A stretch of 64,000 nucleotides of DNA from Candidatus Limnocylindrales bacterium. Lineage in GTDB: Bacteria; Chloroflexota; Limnocylindria; Limnocylindrales; CSP1-4. Below, in pieces: positions 18,765 through 27,393 of this stretch (position 1 is the first letter of the stretch; the number at the start of each line of letters is the position of its first letter). Position numbers and translations under genes: made by a program. The notes under the pieces were generated by a model. The model saw only the letters and a list, made by a program, of their open reading frames with translations, did no database searches and was not told where the DNA came from. The DNA lies in assembly GCA_035699445.1 (NCBI GenBank), contig DASSPX010000123.1:35777-99776 (forward strand). Direction: 5' to 3'.

Positions 18765-19810
18765 GGCCCTGGGACCGCCGCAGCCTCACCGAGCTGCTCG
18801 AGCAGCACGACCTCGCAGGCGCGCCCGAGGAACCATTCCCGAACGACGGCTGGTCCGGCTCCGTCCTCACGCAGCTGCGGCGCGGCGACGAGCGGTTCAT
18901 CCTGAAGCGCACCTCGCGGGCCCACGACTGGATCGCGCGCCACACGCAGGACCGGTCGCTCCGGGAAGCGGTGCTCGCCGCGAGCGGAGTTGTGCCCCCG
19001 GCGCCGGTCGTCCTGCCGCACCTTGGTGCCGCGGCGGACGGCGATCAGGCGGCGGTCCTCATGCCCGACCTGTCCCGGGAGCTGATCGCGTGGGAGCGGC
19101 CGGCCGGCAACCCTGGGGTCGACCCCGACACGCTCGACCGGGTCCTGCGCGCCGTGGCCGCCCTGCATGCGGGGCCGTGGCACGGGCTGCCGGATGCAGT
19201 CGAAACGCCCTGGCCGTGGTGTCCGCTTCGGGAGCGCCTGACGCTCCTCACCCGGCCGACGGCGGAGGGCTACCGCGATCAGGGCCTGCCGGTCGGCGAG
19301 CGCTTCCTCACCGGGTGGGACGCCTTCGACCGGCGGGCTCCGGCGGGCGCGCGGCGGCTCATGGAGACCCTCGCTGCGGACCCTGCGCCGCTGCTGGCCG
19401 CGCTCGACCGCCTGCCGGCGGCCACCCTCCACGGCGACCTAAAGCTCGCGAACGTCGCGCTCCTCGACGACGGCCGGGTGGCGCTCATCGACTGGCAGAT
19501 GCTGTCGCTCGCGCCGGCCGCAGTCGAGCTCGGCTGGCTGCTCGTGTCGAACGTCGCACTGCTGCCCGAGCCGCCCGACCGGGTGCTCGAGCGCTACCGC
19601 GCGATGGCGCGCGGGGTGGGCGGCGGGCGGGTGCTGGGCGACTGGGCAACGCAGGTGGATCTCACGTGGATCGTCGGGCTGCTCCTCCGCGGCTGGCGCA
19701 AGGGCCTCGATGCGGAGGCAGGTGTGCGCTTCCCCTGGGGCGGCGACGGAGCAGCGGATCTCGCGTGGTGGTGCGATCGGGCGGTCTCGGCCGCCGACCG
19801 CCGGCTCTGA
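18758..19810 (+). CDS. phosphotransferase enzyme family protein (APH/choline-kinase-like kinase fold)
   Basis: LHGDLKLANVALLDDGRVALIDWQ is the HGDxxxxN catalytic loop + DxxQ of the APH/CHK fold. GTG 18758 overlaps the cupin stop (GTGCTGA). There is no in-frame Met until far downstream. Confidence 0.7.
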   Translation: MLRPWDRRSLTELLEQHDLAGAPEEPFPNDGWSGSVLTQLRRGDERFILKRTSRAHDWIARHTQDRSLREAVLAASGVVPPAPVVLPHLGAAADGDQAAVLMPDLSRELIAWERPAGNPGVDPDTLDRVLRAVAALHAGPWHGLPDAVETPWPWCPLRERLTLLTRPTAEGYRDQGLPVGERFLTGWDAFDRRAPAGARRLMETLAADPAPLLAALDRLPAATLHGDLKLANVALLDDGRVALIDWQMLSLAPAAVELGWLLVSNVALLPEPPDRVLERYRAMARGVGGGRVLGDWATQVDLTWIVGLLLRGWRKGLDAEAGVRFPWGGDGAADLAWWCDRAVSAADRRL

Positions 19811-19851
19811 AGCGCACCGGTTTCGGCCGGACCGAGTCGACCGCCGTGCCC

Positions 19852-20670
19852 TCAGGTCGGCGCGGCGAGGTCGCGGCGCGGGAACACGACGAGCGCGCAG
19901 GCGAGGGCAGCCGCGGTGACGGCCGCGAGGACGACGAACGACCATGGGTCCGCGTCGCCGGCGAGGACCTCCTGCGGGCGCAGGTAGTGGAACAGCGAGT
20001 ACGGCTGGAGGCCCGCGGCGTCCGGCCACAGCGAGCCCAGGATCTGGAGCACGTAGCCCGCGAGCACGACCGCGAGCGTGACCCCGAGCGCCGGCGTCAG
20101 CCGATCCGTTGACACCGAGGCGGCAAGCCCGATCCCACCCACCGCGAGGAACAGCAGCACGCCGTTCAGCCACAGCAGCGGGAATGTGGACAGATCCAGC
20201 TCGCCCGCGACCCCGGTCGCGATCGCCGATGCGACGGTCGCCAGGATGTGCGCACCGACGGTGAGCGCCACGAACCCCGCAAGCGCGACGAACAGCGTCA
20301 CGACGAGCTCGGTCCGGCTGATCGGCCGCGACAGCAGGACCTCCAGCGTCCCGCGCTGGCGCTCGCCGGCGACGGCCGCCGATGCGAACCCGACCGCGAA
20401 CACGCACTCCAGCGCGACCGCGATCGGGTGGACGAAGCCCAGCGCGACCGATCCGGCAAGCGTGAAGATGTCGCCGCCGCCGAGGCTCGAGGCCATGTCG
20501 AGGAAGGACTGCGGAACGATCCCGCTCTCCAGGATCCGCCGCATGTCCTGGCCGAACGAGGCATAGATCAGCGGCAGCAGCGCGGCCCACGCGGCGAGCG
20601 CCAGCGCGACCGCGGCGACCTTCGTCCGCTGGCTCCGCCACACGTGCCCGAGGAGGACCGGGTCGATCAC
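19852..20670 (-). CDS. ABC-2 family transporter permease
   Basis: VIDPVLLGHVWRSQRTKVAAVALALAAW... with 6 predicted TM helices. GTG 20670 overlaps the stop of the upstream ATPase (GTGA). Confidence 0.75.
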   Translation of the reverse strand: MIDPVLLGHVWRSQRTKVAAVALALAAWAALLPLIYASFGQDMRRILESGIVPQSFLDMASSLGGGDIFTLAGSVALGFVHPIAVALECVFAVGFASAAVAGERQRGTLEVLLSRPISRTELVVTLFVALAGFVALTVGAHILATVASAIATGVAGELDLSTFPLLWLNGVLLFLAVGGIGLAASVSTDRLTPALGVTLAVVLAGYVLQILGSLWPDAAGLQPYSLFHYLRPQEVLAGDADPWSFVVLAAVTAAALACALVVFPRRDLAAPT

Positions 20671-21593
20671 CCCTCCTCCTCCCCGTACAGCTCGAGGAAG
20701 GCGTCCTCGAGCCGCGCGGGCTCGATCGTGAGGTCGCGCACGGCCGCCCCCGCGATCGCGCCGAGGAACGGCCGCATGTCGCCCTCGAGCGCAAGCGTGA
20801 CCCGTCCGCCCGCGACGGCCAGGTCCGAGACACCCGGGAGGCCGTCGAGCGTCGGCGGTGCCCCGTCCACGACCATCTCCACCCGCCGCCGGCGGCGGGC
20901 AAGCAGCGTCGCCACCTCCTCGAGCGCGACCAGTCGCCCACGTCGGACGATCGCCACCCGGTCGCACACGCGCTCCACCTCGGACAGGATGTGCGAGCTG
21001 AAGAACACGGTCCGGCCGGCCGCCCGCAGGTCGCCGAGGATCCCGTAGAACGCCCGCTGCATCAGCGGATCCAGACCCTCGGTGGGCTCGTCGAGGATTG
21101 CCAGCTCCGGGTCGTGCTGGAGCGCCTGGACGATGCCGACCTTCTGGCGCATCCCGCGCGAGTAGTCCCGGACGAGACGGCCGAGCGTCGTCCGTCCGAG
21201 CTCGAGCCGGTCGCACAGCTCGGCGCGGCGGATCGCCGGCCGGCCGGCCAGCCGGCCGAGGTAGTCGAGCAGCTGCTCGCCGGTCAGCCCGTCGTAGAGC
21301 GCGATTCCGCCGGGCAGGTAGCCGGTCCGGGCCCGGATCGCCACGGAGCCGTGCTCGGTGTCGATCCCCAGCACCCGCGCACGGCCCGCCGTGGGATGGA
21401 GAAAGCCGAGCAGCAGCCGGATGAGCGTGGACTTGCCCGCGCCGTTCGGCCCGAGGAAGCCGAACACCTCTCCGGGCCGGACCTCCAGGTCGAGGCGATC
21501 GAGGGCGAGCACCGGGGCGGCCGCCGAACGTCGCGGCAGGTGGGCACCGCCGCCGTACCGCTTCGTGAGCCCCTCGGTGACGATCGCGGTCAT
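20667..21593 (-). CDS. ABC transporter ATP-binding protein
   Basis: MTAIVTEGLTKRYGG..., Walker A GPNGAGKST, signature YSRGMRQKV, Walker B LAILDEPTEGLD. ATG about 21593. Confidence 0.9.
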   Translation of the reverse strand: MTAIVTEGLTKRYGGGAHLPRRSAAAPVLALDRLDLEVRPGEVFGFLGPNGAGKSTLIRLLLGFLHPTAGRARVLGIDTEHGSVAIRARTGYLPGGIALYDGLTGEQLLDYLGRLAGRPAIRRAELCDRLELGRTTLGRLVRDYSRGMRQKVGIVQALQHDPELAILDEPTEGLDPLMQRAFYGILGDLRAAGRTVFFSSHILSEVERVCDRVAIVRRGRLVALEEVATLLARRRRRVEMVVDGAPPTLDGLPGVSDLAVAGGRVTLALEGDMRPFLGAIAGAAVRDLTIEPARLEDAFLELYGEEEG

Positions 21594-21648
21594 CGGGCGC
21601 ACCGTAGCGCGTCCGACGTGCCAGCATGACGTCCCGAAGGAGGCGCCC

Positions 21649-22035
21649 ATGCCCAAGCAGATCCATCGCGGATCGGACATCCACGATTCCGGGCTCCCGT
21701 TCAGCCAGGTCGTCGAGGCGAACGGCCTCGTGTTCATCGCCGGCCAGGTCGGCGACGCGCCCGGCACGCACGGCGCGGTGCCGGGCGGCATCGGGCCGCA
21801 GACGCGGGCGATGCTCGAGAACGTCGGCCGCCTGCTGCGCGCGGTCGGGCTGGACTACGGCGACGTCGTCCGCTCGACCGTGTACCTCGTCGACTTCGAC
21901 GCGTTCGCCGAGTACAACGCCGTGTACCGCGAGTTCTTCCCGGTCGATCCGCCGGCGCGTGCGACCGTGGGCGTCGCGCGGCTGGTCGGCGAGTACCTGA
22001 TCGAGATCGAGGTCACGGCCGCCCGCCGCGCGTGA
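21649..22035 (+). CDS. ridA: RidA/YjgF/TdcF family reactive-intermediate deaminase
   Basis: MPKQIHRGSD...GLVFIAGQVG...ARATVGVARLVGEYLIEIEVTAA is the RidA fold signature. GAAGGAGG lies upstream of ATG about 21649. Confidence 0.85.
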   Translation: MPKQIHRGSDIHDSGLPFSQVVEANGLVFIAGQVGDAPGTHGAVPGGIGPQTRAMLENVGRLLRAVGLDYGDVVRSTVYLVDFDAFAEYNAVYREFFPVDPPARATVGVARLVGEYLIEIEVTAARRA

Positions 22036-22044
22036 GGCGCGCGC

Positions 22045-22890
22045 CTAGGGGGTGATCCGGAAGGCGTCGATCGCGATGTACGGCCGCCCGCGCGTCCCGA
22101 GCACCTCGATCGTGAGCGTGTGCCGGCCGGCTGCCGGCAGGCTCGTCGACCACACCGTCTCGCGCGGCTGGAACGACCCGGCGTGGAGGTCGACGACTGC
22201 GACTTCGACCCCGTCGAGCAGGATGCGCGCCTCCCCACGCGTCGGACCGGTCGGTCCCAGCCAGGCGATGCGCGTCCCGGTGAACGTGATCGTGGCGGTC
22301 GCTCCGGGCTGTGTCGCGTAGCGGGCGGCGCCACCCTGGTAGCCGCCGTGCCGGGCCATCTCCCAGGTGCCAGTCCACGCGACCGCCTGCGAGGCCTCGG
22401 AGACCGTCCTGGCGGCCGGCTCCGCAGGCGTCGCTGCCGCGGCCGGGGCCCAGCGGGAGAAGCGGGTCATCACGCGCGTCACGTAGGTCCGGGCATAGCC
22501 CGACCAGGCCCGATCCCGACCGTCGCGGCCGGTGAGCCACCAGTAGGCGACGTGGCGCCAGGAGCGGAGCCAGCGGTGGAGCGAGAGGAACTTCGCCCGG
22601 GCGACCCGCTCCTGGTTGCGCGGCGTGGGCGGCGCGTACGCGTTGCCGAGGTAGAGGCGGGCCCACGTCCGCCAGTTCGAGGGCAGGATCTGGTACTTGC
22701 CGTAGGCGCCCGACGAGGGATTGCGGGCGTTGTAGCGGCCACCCGACTCGACCGACGCGATCGCACGCATGAACGTGTCCAGACCGCTCGGGTCCTGCGC
22801 GAGCGCGGGGGCCGGCGCGGCGACGCCGAGGAGCGCGGTCGAGAGGACCGCAGCGGGGATGACCCGGGATCGGGCCGCGAGAACGCGCAA
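22045..22890 (-). CDS. secreted lytic transglycosylase-like protein with C-terminal domain of unknown function
   Basis: TTG 22890 is preceded by GGAGGAAGGAG (6-nt spacer). Signal peptide MRVLAARSRVIPAAVLSTALLGVAAPAPALA. Lysozyme-like motif MRAIASVESGGRYNARNPSSGAYGKYQILPSNW. The ORF-track start at 23172 is probably upstream junk. Confidence 0.65.
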   Translation of the reverse strand: MRVLAARSRVIPAAVLSTALLGVAAPAPALAQDPSGLDTFMRAIASVESGGRYNARNPSSGAYGKYQILPSNWRTWARLYLGNAYAPPTPRNQERVARAKFLSLHRWLRSWRHVAYWWLTGRDGRDRAWSGYARTYVTRVMTRFSRWAPAAAATPAEPAARTVSEASQAVAWTGTWEMARHGGYQGGAARYATQPGATATITFTGTRIAWLGPTGPTRGEARILLDGVEVAVVDLHAGSFQPRETVWSTSLPAAGRHTLTIEVLGTRGRPYIAIDAFRITP

Positions 22891-23223
22891 TCGGTGCTCC
22901 TTCCTCCCAGGACCGCCGCGGCGAACGACGGAGCGGTGGGCGAAGCCGCGGCGACGGATCGGGGAAGGGCGGGGACGCGCGGGCGTCGGGTGGGCTGACC
23001 GGGCCGCGGCATTGGCGACCGCCGCACAGGGCGGGGGTCGGATGTGGGCGCCGCGCCTCCCTGGCGGCGTGAGCGCCGTGGGCGACGGCGCGGTGGCAGC
23101 CGGGCGATGGCCCGGGGCTGCATCGGTCGGCGAAGGGGCGAGAGGATACGCAACGATCCCGCCGCGGGGCAAGTGCGGTGCCCGGAAGCACCGGCGCCCG
23201 ACGGAGGCGACGAGCCGCCGCGC

Positions 23224-23742
23224 CTACTCCGGGCCGATGCGCTCCAGGAACTGGGCGACCCGGTCGAGGACGTTGTCGAGCACCGGTCGCAGCGTGTGAC
23301 CGAGCCGCGGGTACGTGACGAGCTCGACGGCACGCAGCCGGCCGACGTTCGCGCGCAGCAGCTCGATCCGTGCGAACGGGTCGGCCTCGCCGGACAGGAG
23401 GAGCACCGGACAGTCGATCTCGGGCCAGTGCGCGATGCGACCGGCGGTCCGGTGCGGCGCGCCCGGCGGGTGGAGCGGGTAGCTGAAGCACACGAGCCCG
23501 CCGTACGTGCGCCGTGCCGCCGACAGGCTGGCAACGCGCCCGCCGAAGCTGTGGCCACCCACGACCACGTCCGGTCCGGACGGCGCCTGCGCCTCGAGCG
23601 CGGGCACGGCGTCCTCGGCTCGCCGCTTCGGCAGATCGAGCGTGAACGCCTCGAATCCGCGGGCGCGAAGGCCGTCGACGAACGGCGCCATGCTCGCCGC
23701 GTTGCCCGACGCGCCGTGACCGAGGTAGACACGAAGGCCCAT
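23224..23742 (-). CDS. small alpha/beta hydrolase (dienelactone-hydrolase/esterase-like)
   Basis: Nucleophile elbow GGHSFGG. C-terminus ...LGHTLRP. ATG 23742 with AGGA 9 nt upstream (alternative ATG at 23784). Confidence 0.6.
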   Translation of the reverse strand: MGLRVYLGHGASGNAASMAPFVDGLRARGFEAFTLDLPKRRAEDAVPALEAQAPSGPDVVVGGHSFGGRVASLSAARRTYGGLVCFSYPLHPPGAPHRTAGRIAHWPEIDCPVLLLSGEADPFARIELLRANVGRLRAVELVTYPRLGHTLRPVLDNVLDRVAQFLERIGPE

Positions 23743-23836
23743 GTCGGGCCATCCTAGGACCCGTACCAGCGGAGGGAGCGCCATCGCCCGATCCGGCCAT
23801 GGCGGTGCCGGCACGCACCCGGCCAGACTGGTCCGC

Positions 23837-25297
23837 ATGCGGACCTCGCCTGCCCCCAGGCCCCCGGCGTTGCCGGTCGCGCTCGCCCTGGCCGCCCTCG
23901 CGCTCCTCGTCTCCGTTGCGCCCGTCGCCGCGACCGATCCCTCGGCCGCGCCCGATCCCTCGGCCGAGCCCGCGGCCACCCCCGTCCCCACGCTGCCGGC
24001 CGGCGACCCGGCCACGACTCCCCTCCCCGCGCCGTACACCGCGTTTGTCGATCCGGCGCTGCCAGGCGGTGCCGCGAGCGTGCCCGTCGGCCTGCCCGCG
24101 GCGATCACGTTCCACGGCCGCGGGTACGGCCACGGCGTCGGGATGTCGCAATACGGCGCCCGCGGACGGGCCCTCGCGGGTCAGGACACGCCGGAGATCC
24201 TCGCCCACTACTTCCCGGGCACTACGGTGGGCTTCATCGACCCCGCGACGATCGTGCGCGTCCAGGTGCTCAGCGCGTACCCGGCGACCGCGACCCGCCC
24301 GCTCCGCATCTACGCGCGCGGCGGCGCGTGGGCGATCGAGGGGGTCGCGGCGGTCTTTCCCGCGGATGCGCAGCTCCGCGTGTGGCGCGTCTCGGTCACG
24401 ACGCCCACCGGCACCCGGACGAGCGCCTGGCGGACCGACATCGTCGATGCTTCTGGCGCGCTGCTCCACAGCGGCACGATGACCCGGAGCTTCCGCGTCT
24501 CCCCCGTCGAGCCGACGACCACCCTCCAGCTGTGGTCGAAGCCGTCCACGTACGACCGGTACCGGGGCTCGCTGCTGATCGTTGCCCGTGCGAAGCCCGA
24601 CGTGATCAACGAAGTGGGGCTCGACGACTACCTCCGCGGGGTCGTGCCGGTGGAGATGCCGGCCTCGTGGCCCGCCGCGGCGCTGCGTGCCCAGGCGATC
24701 GCCGCCCGCTCGTATGCGGCCCGCCGGATCAGGCCGGCCGCGGCATTCGACCTGTACGACGACACGCGCTCCCAGGCATACCGGGGGGTCCTCGCCGAGC
24801 GCCCGACGACGGACGAGGCCGTCGCGCTCACCGCGGGCATGGTGCTCCAGTACGGCGGAGCGATCGCGGACACGTACTTCCACTCGAGCGCCGGGGGCGC
24901 GACCGAGGCGAACGACCTCGTCTGGGTCAGCTCGACGGGACGCGTGACGGGCGCGCCGGTCCCGTACCTTCGCGGCGGGCCCGACCGGGCACCGGACGGC
25001 ACCGCGTACGACGCCGCCGCCGGCCACTACGCGTGGCAGAGCGCGACGTACACGCCCGAGCAGCTTGGCGCGATCCTCGCGCGGGATCCCCGGACGGCCG
25101 TGGGCACCCTGCTCGCGATCGACCTGTCGCGCCGGGCGCCGTCCGGGCGGGTGATCGCGATCACGCTCGCCGGCACCGCCGGCACGCGCACGGTCTCCGC
25201 CGACGTGTTCCGCGTGGTGTTCAACCGCCACAAGCCGAGCGGGCACCCGGTCCTGAAGAGCACGCTGTTCGCGATCGGGACCTGGCCGACGCCCTGA
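23837..25297 (+). CDS. SpoIID/LytB domain protein (secreted)
   Basis: Signal peptide MRTSPAPRPPALPVALALAALALLVSVAPVAA. SpoIID signature GRGYGHGVGMSQYGA. ATG 23837. Confidence 0.85.
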   Translation: MRTSPAPRPPALPVALALAALALLVSVAPVAATDPSAAPDPSAEPAATPVPTLPAGDPATTPLPAPYTAFVDPALPGGAASVPVGLPAAITFHGRGYGHGVGMSQYGARGRALAGQDTPEILAHYFPGTTVGFIDPATIVRVQVLSAYPATATRPLRIYARGGAWAIEGVAAVFPADAQLRVWRVSVTTPTGTRTSAWRTDIVDASGALLHSGTMTRSFRVSPVEPTTTLQLWSKPSTYDRYRGSLLIVARAKPDVINEVGLDDYLRGVVPVEMPASWPAAALRAQAIAARSYAARRIRPAAAFDLYDDTRSQAYRGVLAERPTTDEAVALTAGMVLQYGGAIADTYFHSSAGGATEANDLVWVSSTGRVTGAPVPYLRGGPDRAPDGTAYDAAAGHYAWQSATYTPEQLGAILARDPRTAVGTLLAIDLSRRAPSGRVIAITLAGTAGTRTVSADVFRVVFNRHKPSGHPVLKSTLFAIGTWPTP

Positions 25298-25351
25298 TCG
25301 GCGCCCCCATCCGACCTCCGCGGTCGGGGGGCATGCAGCTGGCTGCGGGGT

Positions 25352-26221
25352 CTACAGCTGGCGGCGCCGGAACGCCGACGCCCCCGCGGCGAGCACGAGC
25401 ACGAGCCACGCGACCGCCCAGGCCGTGACCGCGATCGATGGCGGAGCGTCGGCGAAGAACGGGTTCGCCTGGCGGGCCTCGCCCGATCCCATGCCCCGTG
25501 CGAGGAGCACCGCGAGCGGCGGCTCGAGGCCGTAGACCACGCCGCGCCAGAGCGCGTCGGTCGGCATGAGCACCCGGAGCAGCTCGGTCGCCCGCACGAG
25601 TGCCGTCGCCTCGAACACCGCAGCGATCCCGCCGAGCACGCCGCCGAACCAGGCGAGGCCGAAGGCCACGACGCTCACCGCGCCCGCAGCCATGCCCGGC
25701 AGGCGCGTCCCGAGCGCGAGCGCCAGCGTCATGACCACGGTCGCCTCGAACGCGAGGAAGCTCACGGCGACGAACGGCAGCGGTGGGCCGTAGCCGGACA
25801 CGAGCCGGACGACACCGATGGCGAGCAGCCCCGATCCCACCGTGTAGCTCGTCACGACGGCGGTCAGACCGAGCCACCGCCCGAGCAGGAGGTCGGTGCG
25901 CGAGATCGGCCGGGCGAGCAGCGCGAGGGCGACGCCGCTCTCCACGTCGCCCGCGATCGCCGGGGCCGCGAGGAACGCCGCCGACATCGCGAGCACGAAG
26001 CTGAACATGAACGCGATCAGGATCAGGACCTGGGACACCCCGATCTGGAGCTGGACCTCCGAGACGCCGTCCTCGCGGGCCAGCGACACGAGCCGCTCGA
26101 CGCCGAACCCGACGAGCGCGACGCTGACCACCGCAAGCCCCGCGAGCACCCAGAGCACGCGCCGGCGGGCGACCTCGTGCACCGTGAGGACGGCGATCGT
26201 GGCCACGTGACGCGGGGTCAC
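25352..26221 (-). CDS. ABC-2 family transporter permease
   Basis: Six TM helices (VATIAVLTVHEVARRRVLWVLAGLAVVSVALVGFGV...). GTG 26221 overlaps the ATPase stop (GTGA). Confidence 0.7.
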   Translation of the reverse strand: MTPRHVATIAVLTVHEVARRRVLWVLAGLAVVSVALVGFGVERLVSLAREDGVSEVQLQIGVSQVLILIAFMFSFVLAMSAAFLAAPAIAGDVESGVALALLARPISRTDLLLGRWLGLTAVVTSYTVGSGLLAIGVVRLVSGYGPPLPFVAVSFLAFEATVVMTLALALGTRLPGMAAGAVSVVAFGLAWFGGVLGGIAAVFEATALVRATELLRVLMPTDALWRGVVYGLEPPLAVLLARGMGSGEARQANPFFADAPPSIAVTAWAVAWLVLVLAAGASAFRRRQL

Positions 26222-27135
26222 GGGACGGGCTCGACGGGCTCGCGAACGAGCTCGAGGAACAGGTCCTCGAGCGAGCGACGTGCCGGGTCGACCGCATGGA
26301 CCCGGCCACCGGCTGCGACGACGGCGGCGACGACGTCGGGCACCCGATCGGGGTCGAGCGGTTGCACGACCGTCCAGGGCCCGTCGGTGGCCACCCGGCC
26401 GAAGCCCGCGAGCAGGGTCCCGGGCGGCGTGGCGAGGTCCGTGATCCGGAGCCGCACGGCCGATTCGCCCAGCAGGTCGCCCAGCCGGCCGGACGCGACG
26501 ACACGGCCACGGTGGACGATCGCGACCCGATCGCACAGCCGCTCGACCTCGCCCAGCAGGTGCGAGTTCAGCAGCACCGCGCTGCCCCGATCACGAGCCT
26601 CGCGGATGATCGAGCGGACGTCGTCGCGGCCCACCGGGTCGAGCGCGGACGTAGGCTCGTCGAGGATCACGAGCCGCGGGTCGCCCAGGAGCGCGACGGC
26701 GATCCCGAGCCGCTGCTGCATGCCCTTCGAGAACCCGCCCACGCGGTCGCGGCCCCGGTCCGCCAGCCCGACGAGCGCGAGGACGCGATCGATCTCGCCC
26801 GGACGGCGAGCGCTCGGGAGCCCGATCAGCCGCGCGTGGAGGCCGAGCACCTCGCGCGCCGTGAGCCACTGCTGGTAGCGGAAGAGCTCCGGGAGGTAGC
26901 CGATCGCCCGGCGTGCCGCCCGGTCGCCGAGTGGCCGCCCGAGCACCTCGCCGCCGCCGGACGTCGGCGTGACGAGGCCAAGGAGCAGCTTGACCGCCGT
27001 GGTCTTGCCCGCACCGTTCGGCCCGAGGAAGCCGAGGATCTCGCCCGCCGCCACCTCGAGGTCGAGGCCGTCGAGCGCAACGGTCCGGGCGTACACCTTC
27101 CGGAGCGCGGTCGTCCGGATCGTCGTGGTCGTCAC
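26218..27135 (-). CDS. ABC transporter ATP-binding protein
   Basis: VTTTTIRTTALRKVYARTVALDGLDL..., Walker A GPNGAGKTT, signature FSKGMQQRL, Walker B LVILDEPTSALD. GTG 27135 (ORF-track start 27219 less likely). Confidence 0.85.
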   Translation of the reverse strand: MTTTTIRTTALRKVYARTVALDGLDLEVAAGEILGFLGPNGAGKTTAVKLLLGLVTPTSGGGEVLGRPLGDRAARRAIGYLPELFRYQQWLTAREVLGLHARLIGLPSARRPGEIDRVLALVGLADRGRDRVGGFSKGMQQRLGIAVALLGDPRLVILDEPTSALDPVGRDDVRSIIREARDRGSAVLLNSHLLGEVERLCDRVAIVHRGRVVASGRLGDLLGESAVRLRITDLATPPGTLLAGFGRVATDGPWTVVQPLDPDRVPDVVAAVVAAGGRVHAVDPARRSLEDLFLELVREPVEPVP

Positions 27136-27245
27136 TCGCGGATCGTCACACGGGCGGCGTTCGGGCGTGACAGGCAAGGTGTCACGACACCGACCCAGGA
27201 TCGGCGCAGCAGCAGGCACGTTCCCTGAATCGGGAGGCTTTCGCC

Positions 27246-27389
27246 ATGACGCATACCGAGTGCCCCGTCTGCGACGGGACGATCCGCCTGGAGGACGAGT
27301 TGGCCGCGACCCGCTGCGAGGCGTGCGGCACCACGCTGGAGCTCGCGGTGGACGAGGCGCCGACGCCGGTGCTCGCCCGCGCGGCCTGA
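27246..27389 (+). CDS. small zinc-ribbon protein (47 aa), LysW-like architecture
   Basis: GGGAGG 27230-35, 8-nt spacer, ATG 27246. Encodes MTHTECPVCDGTIRLEDELAATRCEACGTTLELAVDEAPTPVLARAA with two CxxC pairs. Not in the ORF track (<60 aa). Confidence 0.4.
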   Translation: MTHTECPVCDGTIRLEDELAATRCEACGTTLELAVDEAPTPVLARAA

Positions 27390-27393
27390 GCCG

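Noticed and set aside
22013-25246. 1077-aa minus-strand ORF spanning the transglycosylase, hydrolase and SpoIID genes
   Set aside because: Same artefact: Arg/Gly/Pro-rich nonsense translation that overlaps three well-supported genes on both strands.
27136-27219. ORF-track start (27219) of the third ABC ATPase
   Set aside because: The 28-aa N-terminal extension is hydrophilic junk and would eliminate the divergent promoter gap. GTG 27135 (VTTTTIRTTALRKVY…) gives a canonical ABC N-terminus.
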